A DNA stretch of 63,841 bases, filler included, from Octopus bimaculoides (taxonomy: Eukaryota): NCBI RefSeq assembly GCF_001194135.2. It is 5 parts of 4 records of this genome, joined end to end, with 100 filler letters (N's around TTAATTAATTAA, not from the genome) between each part and the next. Parts side by side here need not be neighbours in the genome. Positions count along the whole stretch, not along the records: positions 9,263 to 40,086 come from NC_068984.1; 4 more parts are not named here. The stretch is one strand, 5' to 3'. The stretch's first letter is position 1, and the number at the start of each line of letters is the position of its first letter. The notes beneath the pieces were generated by a model. The model was not told the DNA's origin. It saw nothing but the letters and a program-made list of their open reading frames with translations, and did not search any database. Positions 9,783-24,798 of this stretch are shown here, piece by piece. Made by a program: the position numbers and the translations under genes.

Positions 9783-11704
9783 ACATTAATGTTTGTATTT
9801 ATTTCAAGTCATAATCCTTTTTACTATAGGCACAAAACCTGAAATTTTGAGAGGAGGAGCAAGTTGCATACATCGATCCTAGTACTCAACAGCTACTTAG
9901 TCCATCGTCCCTGAAAGGATGAAAGGCAAAGTCGACCTCAACGGAGTTTGTATTCAAGATATAAAGAGCCAAGCGTAAAGAGAGAAATGGCGCTTAGCAT
10001 TTTCACATTAGATTGAAAAACTACCCAATACATTTAGCACAGTATATGTCATGTTTATTAAAGTTTTACTCAAGAAGAGGAGTGACAACGTCTTTACTTG
10101 TAAAAGTATAATACATACACACATGCATACATATATAAATACATACATACATATATATGCATATATATATATGTATATATATGTATGTATGTATGCTTAT
10201 ATATGTATGTATGTATGTACGTATACTTGGGTTTTCTGTATGCGTGCACGCGCATGTGTGTGTGTATGTGCATTCATGTGTGTGATTTTGGGAAGACAAC
10301 CTCCTTTGGATCTATTTCCAGTGAAGCCTTATTTAGATCATTGAGAATGAACAGAGTAATCAAGATGGCAAAGAATATAACCCTATATAAAGATCTTTTG
10401 CTATAGTAAAATTGAAAATGAGAATGATAGGCTCAGACAGAATGCCCCTTGGTATTCGTTCCGACTCACTACGCTCTCAATTCAAATCCCGCCGGTATTA
10501 ATTTTGCTGTTCATCCTTTGGGAGACGATAAAAATCAAAAAAATCAAAATGTGCTAATCCAAGATGGCAGATTGATAAAACTGTAAAAATGTCGGATCGT
10601 CTGCCTTTGCGGTAGTTGTTCTGAATTCGAATCCCGGTATGTACTTTGGTTGCGGATTTAATCTTTTTTTTTTATTTTAAGTTTATTTAAATGTTATCAT
10701 TATTACTCTGTGAGCAGGCAGAATCGTTAGCACGCCTGACTAAATTCGGCTGAGGCCCCTTTTGCTCTTTATCCTTTCAACCCGTAAAATAAGTACCAAT
10801 GAAATACTGGAATCGATAAATTCCAGGCATTAGCATTATGAGTATAGTAGAAATAATTAATCAATAAATTGTGTATGATCCTTTATTTGATACAGTCTAT
10901 TATATTCTATATAATCTGTATACTACATTTAACCCTTGAATGTGATTAGCAGAGTCCACTTCGAGGCAAACATTCTAGTCAGTTCTCTTGTTTGAGGACA
11001 CCTTCTTCCCTCCCACCTCAATACCATTCTGTTAAGAGTTATGAGCTGTAATTTCTCTCCCGATTAAAGGAGTAAGATAAAACTGAAATATGACAACTAT
11101 AAAGCGGAGAATTCATTAAACCCGGATAAGGAATTTTTCCAGTAAGATGCATAGTACATAAAGTGTTTTTCTTTGGAAGAAACCTTCGCTACTGACGTCC
11201 AAGGAATAGAGAAATCGTAAGAGAAACAATATTCGCTATAGAACAAAATATGCACCATAATCACATCATCGACACTTAGACGTTACTATCTCGAGTCATA
11301 GGATCGGTTACGCGATTTCCATGGCTTATAAATGATCGAAATCATAACATCCCTCCTGATAGGACGCCCGTCTATCGCAGGGTTATTCACTGCTGAGTAG
11401 ACTGTTGCAAGGGAAAATGAAGTGTTTTGCTCAAGAGTACAACGCATTGCCCTGTCTGAGAATGGCAAACACGACATTGCAATCGTAAGTACATCATCCT
11501 AACCACTAGGCCACGCACCTTCAACATGGAATAAAAATAAGCATTCTAAATAATCTAGATGGATGCACTCTTAGACTATATCGTGTGCTTGACATGAGTT
11601 TACAATTCGAAATTATATTATCAATATTCCAACATTCTGTTAGATCTTAGATTTTGCTATTATGTAAGGATTAGAAATATTCAAGCATTGTGTGTGTGTG
11701 TGTG

Positions 11705-11761
<57 letters not shown>

Positions 11762-13339
11762 TGCATATTTATTCCTAATGCATTCCGGGAGATACAAACG
11801 TAACTATGCTAGTCGCTATTGCGTATAACACAGGAGAACATCTCCCTTTTACAATGACTGTATTTTTAACACACTCCGCTCATTGGTGCAAAGGATTTTG
11901 GGACACCTGTGTTTAAACATGCTGTGTCTCGCCAACCAAAATTACCCAGACCTTTGAACCTAAACAAGCCACTGGCTTTGTTGATAATTCTAGCAGACTG
12001 TTTGCTGCTCAGTACCGATGTATACTAAAATATCTGTATATTTTGACTAGGTATACCGAGAATATTTTTTATGTAGATAAAATAATTTCGAGTTATTTGG
12101 CGTACTGACGAAATGAAGATTAAAAAAAATATCAGGTAACAAGGGAAAAAGTGCAAAAAAGTGTCAATCACTTGATTGAAGAAGATACAACTTGCGGTAT
12201 AAGTTAAGTTATGCTATTAACAATGTATGCAAATGTGCATGTTGTGTGTGTGTGTGTGAGTAGGTGTTGGCGAAATGGCGAAAAATGGTGAAACTTCGAT
12301 GTTCATCACTCCTGGATGGGATTAGAGGTGAATTATCTTCCCAGTTCTTAACACTCGCTGCTTTGAGAGAATATTCTCCACCTAGCGGCAAATACGCAAT
12401 TCGTATACATGAAGTATATGCAGTTGATAATGGTTAGCGGTGCTTCTATATATATCTATATCTATATATATATATATATATATATATANNNNNNNNNNNN
12501 NNNNNNNNNNNNNNNNNNNNNNNNNNNNNNNNNNNNNNNNNNNNNNNNNNNNNNNNNNNNNNNNNNNNNNNNNNNNNNNNNNNNNNNNNNNNNNNNNNNN
12601 NNNNNNNNNNNNNNNNNNNNNNNNNNNNNNNNNNNNNNNNNNNNNNNNNNNNNNNNNNNNNNNNNNNNNNNNNNNNNNNNNNNNNNNNNNNNNNNNNNNN
12701 NNNNNNNNNNNNNNNNNNNNNNNNNNNNNNNNNNNNNNNNNNNNNNNNNNNNNNNNNNNNNNNNNNNNNNNNNNNNNNNNNNNNNNNNNNNNNNNNNNNN
12801 NNNNNNNNNNNNNNNNNNNNNNNNNNNNNNNNNNNNNNNNNNNNNNNNNNNNNNNNNNNNNNNNNNNNNNNNNNNNNNNNNNNNNNNNNNNNNNNNNNNN
12901 NNNNNAAAGAGAGGAAAATAGTGAACGCAGGGAAAAACATTTTTTTGAAAAGAGAAAAGATAGAAGAAAGAGAGAAAAAACGTTCTCTCGTTTAAACGTC
13001 CGTGTAGGAAAAGAAAGATGGACAATGGTCACGTGTGAGCAATGAAAGAGAGAGAAACAGAAGAGGGAGAGAGAGAGAGAGAAACAGATAGAAAACGGTG
13101 AAGTTTTTCTCAGCGTTCACTATTTTCCTCTCGTTCTGGTCTAAAAGTAAAATTTTCTTGTTCTGTACTTTATCAGATGTAATAAGTTGTCCTGTACTTT
13201 TCCAGCTTTATAATCTTAAGAATATTATTTCTCTTGCTCACATTCTTCCATATAATAAAACTATTGATAATAGTGTTTTAAAATGAGTGCAAATATACAA
13301 AGGGCAAATGGGTTAAAATCATATAAACAAATTATTTTT

Positions 13340-15190
13340 GGAAAAAAAATTAAACGTTGATAAATATTTATGTCTATAAAGAATTATGACATCCGAAATC
13401 TTATTAAGTAATTTTTTTTATCAGTGCAGAGTATATTGATTGATTCTCTCGTGCATAATTTACAATTCATGTATGTGTATTGTACGGTGAGGTTTCCGTT
13501 ATAATAGCCCAATACAGACTGAAGTCTTTATTACGCTTTTTTAATTTAGTAATGTGGGTTGAGTTCTTTGTTTCTTGATTAGTAAATGAATTTGCGTGCT
13601 CCCTATATCTAGTTTTAAAACCAGTCGTACTTCCTATGTATATCTTCTTTGATTCATTGAGTGTTGTAATATCAACTTTAGGCACGACATTTCTCCACAA
13701 ACAGAATCCATTCAAGGGACATAAAAGCCGGTTACGGCAATTACATGTTTTATTTTCGTACTTCGTCTTTATATTTTTGACGTCTGTATTCTTCTTATTA
13801 TTATTCATATTGAGGCCAGTTATATGGACATCTCTATCGATACCATTATTCCTAAGTTTTAATCTATCATTAGCCACAATTATAGATCCTAGATTCGATA
13901 TTGTTGAGTAAGATAATTTAAGACAGGATCTATTAAAAATGGGACGATATTTATGGCCTAATGGGAAATTCCTGTCAATAATCCTAAAAAATAATTTAGA
14001 GAGATTACTGATTTGAATGGAAGGGAGAGGAGGTAAACCAGATAATTTCCTGTTTCCTCGCCGAATTGTTCCTAATCGGCCCAATATAATAATCATTATA
14101 GTTAAATGAATTATAGTGTCTTCTATTATAGTGTGGACCTGATGCTCGTGAGGGTCATTCACGGAAGGAGTATCGATGTTTAATTTCGCAAGATTTGGAA
14201 AACGTTTACCTAATTTATTTTTAAATATTGTATTCTTAACATGATATATCTTCCTATCAAATCTGCTGTTTTTCAGTGCTGTATTATAAAAAGGTACAAA
14301 GTTATAAAAAATCTTTTCATTTGCAGATAAGTTTGAGATTCTTATCGACACCCCTTTGACCACCCCTTTAATAACACTTTGAGGATGATTTGACAAGGCG
14401 TGGATATAATTAATGGTTTTATTAGGCTTATGGTAAGGATGAAATAAGCCATTTTCTAAATTTAATGTGACGTTTAAAAAAATTAACACTTTTAATGATA
14501 TTTTCGAATAGAATATCTAAGTTATATATCTTTAAAAAATTTAATCAGTCTTTTCCTTATTCTATCACTGGATTGTAAAGAGGAGCCAGAAATAGCGAAT
14601 AACGCGTCATCTCTGTAGAAACCGCCTCTGATATTTGGGAGTTCCTCCTTAATTTTCGAAAGCAAGAATAGATCAACAGTATCAGTGACTTGGGTGGAGT
14701 CCGAGGATCCCACTGTAACAACAAAGTTGTCTTGAATGTCACATCGGGTCCCGGTCCTATTTCTTAAAAGTTTTATTGTTTTCCTTCGGTAAAAATAATA
14801 TCTTTCTCTAAGGTGTAATATCAGTAAGGGTCTCAGCAAAAGCATTTGCTTTACCAAAATAAGATTTCCTTTTATTGTTCAGTGAGCAAACCATGTTATG
14901 GAATCTCCCGGGGATTTACAGAGTGGTAGCTCTACATTTCTTTTAACGCAAGGGATGATTCTATCAATAATAGACTTACTAACTCTGTCCAAGTCTGATT
15001 TAGTTGGGCAGATTAGCCTAACAGCGGGTTTGCTCTCAAACTTTGCCTTGTAATCCTTAAAAGTAACATGTGGTACTTTAGGGGTATAAGGTTCCGTCCT
15101 ATCTAATAATTTTAGCTCCTTAATTAAGTCGAAGTGTTTCGTGTTAATTTCGTTCAATTTGTTATTGGTTACTATTTTGTATTTAGAGTC
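13340..15190 (-). mobile_element. Degenerate Penelope-like retroelement (RT + GIY-YIG endonuclease)
   Basis: RT pieces: PHVTFKDYKAKFESKPAVRLICPTKSDL; VTVGSSDSTQVTDTVDLFLL..GGFYRDDAL; GLFHPYHKPN..YIHALSNHP. Endonuclease: CNCRNRLLCPLNGFC..NVV..KIYIGST..FKTRYREH..F, followed by C-terminal CKLCTRE..LNK. Split by stops and frameshifts. Confidence 0.9.
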
Positions 15191-16189
15191 TTTTTTTTGT
15201 ATACATATATATTTATATATATACATCTATGTATATATGTATATATATNNNNNNNNNNNNNNNNNNNNNNNNNNNNNNNNNNNNNNNNNNNNNNNNNNNN
15301 NNNNNNNNNNNNNNNNNNNNNNNNNNNNNNNNNNNNNNNNNNNNNNNNNNNNNNNNNNNNNNNNNNNNNNNNNNNNNNNNNNNNNNNNNNNNNNNNNNNN
15401 NNNNNNNNNNNNNNNNNNNNNNNNNNNNNNNNNNNNNNNNNNNNNNNNNNNNNNNNNNNNNNNNNNNNNNNNNNNNNNNNNNNNNNNNNNNNNNNNNNNN
15501 NNNNNNNNNNNNNNNNNNNNNNNNNNNNNNNNNNNNNNNNNNNNNNNNNNATATTCCTGTGACAAGCTTACGAAAGTTTCTATAATAGGCACATAGGCTG
15601 AAATTTAGGGGTTGAGGACTACTCGATTACATCGAACCCAGTGCGTGACTGGTACTTATTTCATCGAATCTGAAAGGAGGAAAGGCAAAGTCGATCTCGG
15701 CGGAATTTGAACTCAAAATGCCTCTAAGAATTTCACTCGGTGCCTGAATAATGATGATGGTGGTAATAACAACAACAACAACAACAACAACAATACAAAT
15801 AATAATAGTGGCTGATGGTATGTACATCTCTGATCACGAGCAGAAATAGTGGAGGAGCATCATAGCCATGTGTTGAGAGGAATTCTTTGGGCTTTGGATA
15901 ATTCACCTTTGGAAACGTGGGTGTTTCGTTCAACATCCTCAAGCAACCCTTATTCAGGGACCTTTTGAGCGGGATGGGCTATTCGACCTGGCGAAAGTTC
16001 TAACTGGGCCCCACCTGCGAGGTCATGCGTTGTTTATCTTGATATGAGATGACCATGTCACGCACATATAGTTGTGATGCTTGTGCCTGGTATACCCTTA
16101 TCAGACGGGTAGTCATGATGGGTTCGTATTTTGGGCTTCGTATATTTTACCCCAATGTAACTTCGATGGCATGCACTGCTCTCTCACTC

Positions 16190-16234
<45 letters not shown>

Positions 16235-16239
<5 letters not shown>

Positions 16240-16535
16240 CGTTCTACTAAAGGCACAAGGCCTGAAATTTTGGGTGAGTAGCAAGTCGATTATATCGACT
16301 CAAGTGCTCAACTGGTACTTATTTTATCGATCCTGAAGGGATGAAAGACAAAAATATAGTTTCAAATTTTGATATAAGGCCAAGAAGTTCGATGGAGAAG
16401 GTAAGTCGACTACATCGACTCCGAAGGATAAAAGGCGAAGTCAACCTCGACGGAACTTGAAGTCAAATCATAAGGACGGACGAAATGATGCAAAGCATTT
16501 TTCCCGGCGTGCTCATGATTCCGCCAGCCCGATAT
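16235..16535 (+). mobile_element. Abundant ~300-bp interspersed repeat (CACAAGGCC..AAGTCGATTACATCGAC..GGTACTTATTTTATCGA..GGATGAAAGGCAAAGTCGACCTCGGCGGAATTTGAACTC), often next to (AAT)n
   Basis: Related copies at ~2250-2410, 9820-9960, 15580-15720, 19950-20150 and 26020-26130. Class (SINE or other) not resolved. Confidence 0.7.
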
Positions 16536-16773
16536 ATATCGTATTTAGTATATGTTAAATACACATATGTATGCACAAACATTCATCTGTCCCTCTCCTT
16601 CCTCTCCCGCTCTCCCTCTCTTTCTGTTGATATTTCATGTAGGAGACACGAAATATAAGACCAGGAGACACATTTCTCTACTACAGTGCAAGCCACTTAC
16701 ACAAATACACACACACACATACACATACACGCATATACATACGTGTGTGTGTATGTGTGTGTGTGTGTGTGTT

Positions 16774-16819
<46 letters not shown>

Positions 16820-18865
16820 TGTGTGTGTGTATGCGTGTGTGTGTATGTGTGACTTGCTCTGTAGCAGAGAACTGTGTCTCCTGGTATTATATTTCATGTC
16901 CCCTATTTCTCCCTCAAACTATTCTAACTTGCTGGATATAGAAATAACAATCTGTTATATAATACTTTGTGATTCATGGAAATATTTATCTTCTGATGAT
17001 AAAATACAAGGTTTTCTAGGAGAAATTTATAGACGTAGTGGTTGTTTTCTTCTCCTTTCAAAAATGCTTGAGGCACGTAGATAAGATTCAGATTCGAGAA
17101 CAAATCGTTGAAAATCTCCAATATCAATCGATACACATTAAGCAAAAAAAAAGTGAACCAACTCTCAATGACAAATCTATCCCAAAACGACACCACTTAT
17201 ACTACTCGTACATTCTGAAATATACAGCACAAATTACTACATATTCTTTGAATAGGGTCTATCGATGTAATATATTAAATTTTTGCATGTGGTTTGTTAC
17301 TTGGATGACTTCAGCAAACGTTTTGTTCCATCTAACAGGTAGGGATATAGCCTACGATTTCTAGGAAAAATGCTGTTTATGTTGCCTTGAAGGGCTTTAA
17401 ACTAATTTATATGTGAGTTCCGCTCACTATGGGATATCTTTTATATTTATTTGTGAATCTTAGCTGCTCTGCTAAAGGAGATTCGTTTCCATGCAATAAC
17501 ATGTTATCTTGATGCAACTAATCCGTTCCAAAATTATACCAAGGGAAGATATATTAAACTCAACATCGACCTTAAAGAAACATTTGTCAATTTTAAAGTA
17601 TTGTCGCTGAGCTATTGGAAAAATGTTCAGACATGTTTCAGTGTTATTATGTTCTCTTCAACGAAGCATAGACTACATCGTATATGCAAAAGTAGTAACG
17701 AAAACATCACTAAGTACATGTACAACACTAGACAGTGATTGATGCAGTAAAGTAGAACCGTTTATAGAGTAATAACTGGGAGACATCATCAATGTGGTAA
17801 ACGATAGTTATGTTAGTGTTAACATATCTAATGTAAGGAACATTAAAAGAAAACTATAAAAAAATATGCAGCGAAGAAATAAAATACAATATTAGGCAAT
17901 GACTTATATCATTATTTTTCTTCGGTAAGTACGGGAGACAACTCCAGGAATTTGCTAGTGACGTCGTCAGTGAAGTACAGACTTCAATAGTCTTGCCGAA
18001 ATAGCGATAAGAGAATTGCGAAGTAAAAGTAGAGTGTTGTGTGTTAAAATCAAACCAGATAAATGGAAAGAAAAGCCTATTTCATAAGTGTAAACTCGGT
18101 TACAGAAATAAACGAATAATAATTGTGATAGACGAATTCAACTTGTTTATTTAAGAAAATCGCTGATGACACGATGAGGGCAGCCAATTGGTTTTTCTCT
18201 GTTTAATCACAAAAACAATGAACTGAATTTAGTGCGATTACTGAAATGGTGACTAGTACTGTTTTAAGAAGGCGAAATGAATAGCCTACAGCAGATTATA
18301 TTATTAATAAACTACAAGCAATCTTATTACGAATTCCTGTCCGTTTTTAAACGAGAAAGGTGAAAGTTTTACTTGAGAATTACGCTTAGTCATTTCAATC
18401 TATTTTAAACTGATTTCTTTCGTGTTTTGGCAAATCTTATTTCTGTTGTGTCTGTCCATTAACTAAAGTCGTTCGGCAAACGTCGACCATTTTCCTTGTT
18501 GATAACTGAAGACTGAGAAAGCTATTATTTCTAGTATATTGTTTTACATTAGAGAAGTATGAAATAGTAAATAGAACTGTGTTAATTTCTATCCTTTTCT
18601 TTTTTCGTTTCAAGAATAATAGTGTTACAGAATATTTTATAATCTTATTTTCTGATTTAATTTTAGGAAATTACGTTTCTCTTGCCTGAAAGAATTATTG
18701 TCTTGAAACATTAGGCAAAACTACCATTTGAGGGAAGACAATTTAACTGTAATAATGTGTAGTTGTTTACTATTTAAGATGTTTCTAATCCTTCCAGATG
18801 CATACATCCAAATATATATGCACGTTCATGTATACATCATACTTGCGTATATACACATGCATATG

Positions 18866-19006
<141 letters not shown>

Positions 19007-21399
19007 CTCTGTGAATGGAGTATCCGAACTACAAATTTACCCTTATTCCAAGCCATTATTAGAGTAAGAAACCATTTACGAAACTCTAGCAAGGAAAATG
19101 CTAATTATAAAACAACAAAAATATGTGACGCAACATGCACAAACAAAAATTCAATAAATAAAAGAAAACAACAACCATATACAAACGTACATACATACAT
19201 ACATACATACATTTATACGTGCATCCATTCTTACATACATGCACACTCATGCATAATTTTATATACACATACCCTGGGTTTGCCAAGAAAAGCAAAGCAA
19301 ACTGACCCATATCCTTCAAATCCAGTCGATTGTACAGTGAAAATTTGCACAATCACATTTATCTTGCACAATCACATACATCTTGTAAAAACAATCACAG
19401 GCATACTCATGAACACTTATTGCATGAGCGCCATTACATCCTCATATACCTCTACGTATAAGCACACTTTAGCTCACATTCACAAATATCCTGGAATTGT
19501 CTTGACACGAACGAAGAAGCTGACTTGAATCTGCTATAGAGAACTTACATTAATGTCAAAGATAAACATACAGACGGCTTTGAATATGTCAGCTTTGTTA
19601 GTATAAGATTTTATCCACCTCTGACGAATATTTTCACTACAGATTAGTGTTTGTGAAACGTCTAGTGAAGTAACTTACATTTAGATGAAAGAAAAGAACG
19701 TTTGTTGTTGCTACTGCTCTCTCAAACCTGTCTGTAAAATTTATTCTGCATACGGATACACAACGAAATTGAAATAATCAGGGTGTAGTAATAGAGCTAG
19801 AACAATACCAATGGGTGGATTGCATCATATTAAAAAATAAAGCATGAACAAAAGCATAAAAGTCATATTAAGGTTTAACACTTCACACATGAGACAATAT
19901 GTAGGTATAGTAAATAATTTACAAAAAAAGGCAAGAAAAGTATTAATTTATTAGTTTCAAATTTTGGCTCAAGGCCATCAATTTCGGGAGAGGAGTAAGT
20001 CGATTACATTGACCTCAGTACTTCAGTGGTACTTATTTTATCGATGCCGAAAGGGTGAAATACTGCCTCGGAAGTATTTGAACTCAGAACTTAAAGACGG
20101 ACGAAATGCCGCTTAGCGTCTTTCCTGGTGTACTAACGAGTCTGGTAGCTCGATGTTTTACAAATATTATTAATTTATTAACACATTTAAGTTGGCGAGC
20201 ACCACTTGATTACTGATGTCGATAAAATCGACTTAGCCCTTTCCCTGGAATTACTGGCTTTGTGCCAAAATCCGAGACCAATTTATTAACATTTTTGCAC
20301 AACATATATTCCAGAGCTAAACAGTAGAATGCTTTTGTTGATAGAACTTCTCGATCGGGATTGATCGTAGATTAAGCAATAACAATGCTGTGATTTTCCT
20401 GCATCACCAAGTCCCACGGAAGCCAACCAGTGATGGTCTTCGTCAGCCACGAGTAAACAGCCATCATTACACACACACACATACACACACACATACATAT
20501 ATACATATATATANNNNNNNNNNNNNNNNNNNNNNNNNNNNNNNNNNNNNNNNNNNNNNNNNNNNNNNNNNNNNNNNNNNNNNNNNNNNNNNNNNNNNNN
20601 NNNNNNNNNNNNNNNNNNNNNNNNNNNNNNNNNNNNNNNNNNNNNNNNNNNNNNNNNNNNNNNNNNNNNNNNNNNNNNNNNNNNNNNNNNNNNNNNNNNN
20701 NNNNNNNNNNNNNNNNNNNNNNNNNNNNNNNNNNNNNNNNNNNNNNNNNNNNNNNNNNNNNNNNNNNNNNNNNNNNNNNNNNNNNNNNNNNNNNNNNNNN
20801 NNNNNNNNNNNNNNNNNNNNNNNNNNNNNNNTATATATATATATATATATATGTTAAAAGCTGACATGCATTTGCTTTCCTAGGAGCCGTGGGAAGGTCT
20901 ACTATTCTTGGCCTCTCATATGTAACATTGATAATTGAAAATCTGCAGATACATTAGGTCATTTACTATTCAAAAACGAATTGTCATAGAATTGTTTTTT
21001 AAAGCCACCAGGTGAAAACAGTAAACACGTTTCTGTCATATTAGACGTTTTCAGCAAGGCATATTCTAATCAGTTGGTAACACTAAGAGTAGAGATAGAT
21101 GTTGGCAAATGTAAACTAAATGATTATAAATATTCTTTTTATTGAGTTTGATTGTCTTAGGAGTGAATGTGCATTCTGTAACCTTTTTACAGAGTCAATC
21201 AATTACATTAAGTGTTGACACTTGATTTTAATACATTGTTATTGTAGTTACTTGTTGATGTTTATCCCCCGTGTCAAACCTGATCCTGAAAAAACATGAC
21301 TAAAAGAGTTCCGGCCATAACCATCCAGTCTTTTTAGGCACAATGTCAACAAAACTACACTACTCAATGTGTTAGTGAAAACGTTAGGCTGTGATTTTT

Positions 21400-21660
21400 A
21401 CAACAGTTGGGTATGATTTTCGACAGAATAGAGGGATTTAAGTCAGTAGGATGTCACGTCTATCAGTTCAGGTGCCTATAGAGAGGCTCTCTCGATGGCT
21501 TGTAATTTGCAGTTGTTCTTTGAAGGTTCATAATTATTTCTTCTTGGTGACCAAACCGGATGCCCCAACTATCATTGAACCATTCCTGATATTCTTTTCC
21601 ATTTTCTGAGATCTGTTATTTAAATTCTATATCGACACAATGTTCGTGGAACATTTCCTA
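21400..21660 (-). mobile_element. Highly decayed C-terminal fragment of a REL-endonuclease non-LTR element (R4/Dong-like)
   Basis: Minus strand gives MIVGASGLVTK followed by a frameshifted LQAIERASL(L)GT-like segment, resembling the IVGALG..IQKAALLGT terminus. Confidence 0.35.
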
Positions 21661-23083
21661 GGCAATGTTATTTTAGCAGAACAGTAATATTTATTATAAA
21701 ACATTCGTGAATTTATTGTCAGCAATACTCTTTAGAACGATCTGTTCAGATGTTGAACTTTCATATATTTAATCCTTTAGTTTCCTGAACTTTTCAGCTT
21801 CAATATAGGTAATACATCATTGCACAAACTTTAAATCCATACTTTCTGTACAATGACCAGTACAGATTACAATAATGTTTACAAGCATTTTTAGCTTGAA
21901 TTTCGAAACAACTAATTTGTGTCATATTTTCAGTTTTCCACATATCTTTTTAAACAATGTATTGAGTGCTTAATCGTAAGTAGCAACGAGAAAACACATA
22001 GTTGCTTCATTATATCTCCACCTATGTGAATGTAAAATACTCTCGTGCTATTGTATTTTTAAAAAATATTTTTCCAAATAGCCATGGAGTGACATATCAG
22101 AAACAAAAATTAGTGGATTTAATCGGTAACGATATTAAGTCGTATGCTCAGTGTTATTATGTAAAAGAGCAACAAATACTATATATTGATGTAGAAAGAC
22201 CTCATTATTTGCAAAAGAAAAATCTGATACCTTTATTAATGACTACTAATATCTTAGTTCTTATTATATCACAATCTCCAGATCTTCTGACTAAACACAC
22301 ACGCACACACACGCGCACACACACGCACACACGCAAACACACGCACACACACACATACACACGCACACACTCCCACACACTCCCACACAAACACACGCAC
22401 TTACACACACAGACACATACATACACAGAAACACACATACACGCACTTACACACACAAGCTCACACACAGACACACACACACATACACACAGAGGCACTT
22501 ACACACACAAACACACACACACATACACAGACACACACATATGTATATATTTATGTCTCGATTGATCGTAATAAATATTATATTTTATCACAGTTGTTCA
22601 TCATTNNNNNNNNNNNNNNNNNNNNNNNNNNNNNNNNNNNNNNNNNNNNNNNNNNNNNNNNNNNNNNNNNNNNNNNNNNNNNNNNNNNNNNNNNNNNNNN
22701 NNNNNNNNNNNNNNNNNNNNNNNNNNNNNNNNNNNNNNNNNNNNNNNNNNNNNNNNNNNNNNNNNNNNNNNNNNNNNNNNNNNNNNNNNNNNNNNNNNNN
22801 NNNNNNNNNNNNNNNNNNNNNNNNNNNNNNNNNNNNNNNNNNNNNNNNNNNNNNNNNNNNNNNNNNNNNNNNNNNNNNNNNNNNNNNNNNNNNNNNNNNN
22901 NNNNNNNNNNNNNNNNNNNNNNNNNNNNNNNNNNNNNNNNNNNNNNNNNNNNNNNNNNNNNNNNNNNNNNNNNNNNNNNNNNNNNNNNNNNNNNNNNNNN
23001 NNNNNNNNNNNNNNNNNNNNNNNNNNNNNNNNNNNNNNNNNNNNNNNNNNNNNNNNNNNNNNNNNNNNNNNNNNNNNNNNNNN

Positions 23084-23122
<39 letters not shown>

Positions 23123-23539
23123 GATACAATACATATATATATACATACATGTACGTACGTATGTATGTGTGTCTGTGTATCTGTGCGTGTATTTTATTAA
23201 AAACACGACTGTGTTTCAATTCTAGCCGTGTTATTACAGAGTGTTCATAATGATGTCCTTTAATTCAGCTTCCCAATTTAAAGAATTGATATTTTGCGTT
23301 GTTTCTTATATACTGGTGAAATTTTGATAGACTTCTCCGACATAGGTTTGTTGACCAATGGGGTTTGCCCGTCAGCAGTCACGTGATAATTTGCTGTGCA
23401 AAATATTTTTGACTGTTAGGTTTTCACGTCAGTAGTCAGGTGTAAATTTGTTGTATGTGATTGTTGTCAAAGAACTCTGAGACCTAAAGAAAGAGTTAGA
23501 GAAGAAGTGCGTACTAAAAATTTACATTCAGAAAATACA

Positions 23540-24340
23540 AATTAGATCCCGTTTTTAGACATAAACATACATTACGCCGGTATACACAAAAAAATCAAAC
23601 AAATGCATATACCTAGACGGAGACAGGGAATATCCACACGACTATATGATGCAAGTGGTAAAAATCACTACTTAGAAAAGCATTTATATTCTCATCCATT
23701 AGCAATGTACTTGGGAAAGAAAATATTTTATAGCGGATAATTCAGCAAGCTAGCTGACCGAGCTATAGATGGATATATTCATAAATACTCTACATACATT
23801 AACGAGTACACCCAATAAAAATACACAAATCACAAATAAAATTTATTATATGAATCAAATGCACAGCAACTACTGAAAAGACGACTGCACAAGCAAAAAC
23901 CTCATAAAATGGAACAAAATGCATGACACACAGCCATTAAACGAAAGTTAACAATATTGTACAAAAAAACGCCAAAATCAAAAACTTCCCTGTCAATAAC
24001 ACACTACAAGTAGGTTACCCAAGAACAATGAGAAACGTAATCTACGAATTTATCTGCAAAATTGAAAGTTGTAAATTTTTGGACTCCAACTATTACATTG
24101 GACACACAAGTACAACACTTTTTTCTTGGCGCATCATGCACTTACTACAAAGAGCAATTCCAACACACCATACGAACGTCACAAATCAAAGTTAAATAGA
24201 AAAATAGTAGAAAACAAAATTTGCATAGTGTATAGAATTCCTTACAAAAATATAAAATTAATCATAGAAGCCGTTGTGATGTCGCAACACAATGCCATCC
24301 TCCGAAGAAATATACGCACACAAACAACATACACATAAAA
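23540..24340 (+). mobile_element. Degenerate Penelope-like element, second family (RT thumb + GIY-YIG)
   Basis: Frameshifted IPFLDI..YTKKSNKCIYLDGDREYPHDYMMQVVK; IDGYIHKY; RNVIYEFICKIESCKFLDSNYYIGHTSTTL..RIMHLLQ; LIIEAVVMSQHN. Confidence 0.8.
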
Positions 24341-24711
24341 ATTAGAAATAAAGAAATGAAAAAAAAAGCGCGGTTACTGATATCAAAACCTAACGATCGA
24401 AAATATTTGACGTTATCACATTAGCACGTGCTGATGTGGAAGCCTTACAGTCAAAAAAGCCTTTGACAAAAAAGTTTACGAAAATCTGGCCAGTATATAA
24501 GAGGCAATGCCGGTATCAAATCTCTATAAGTTCTTGAAAATGAGACTGTGAAAGTCGGGAATCTGCGAATATGGATTTAGTAATGTTATCGTTCCAAACT
24601 AGCAGCAAGAAATTGATACGAAAATATGAAAAAAGTCTGTAATAAAGTAAATTAAACTGGAACACAGTCATGTCTTTAAAGAACCATATATAAAAGAAAT
24701 GCTGCTCTCCA

Positions 24712-24798
<87 letters not shown>

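Noticed and set aside
12382-13045. ORFs running through N gaps (also near 15.2k, 20.5k, 22.6k, 30.1k, 45.8k, 49.2k, 56.5k and 58.5k)
   Set aside because: Their length comes from X residues and flanking microsatellites.
20286-20470. SVGLGDAGKS resembling a small-GTPase P-loop, and a CTGACGA..GAAA hammerhead-like spacing on the minus strand
   Set aside because: No acceptor or donor frames the segment. Other GTPase-like words (19.6k, 22.2k) are in the wrong order. The ribozyme stem I does not pair.
24525-24580. TTGAAAA..GAC/GTC hairpin downstream of the PLE GIY-YIG, a possible U3-A8 hammerhead
   Set aside because: No proper GAAA, stem III or cleavage triplet can be placed.
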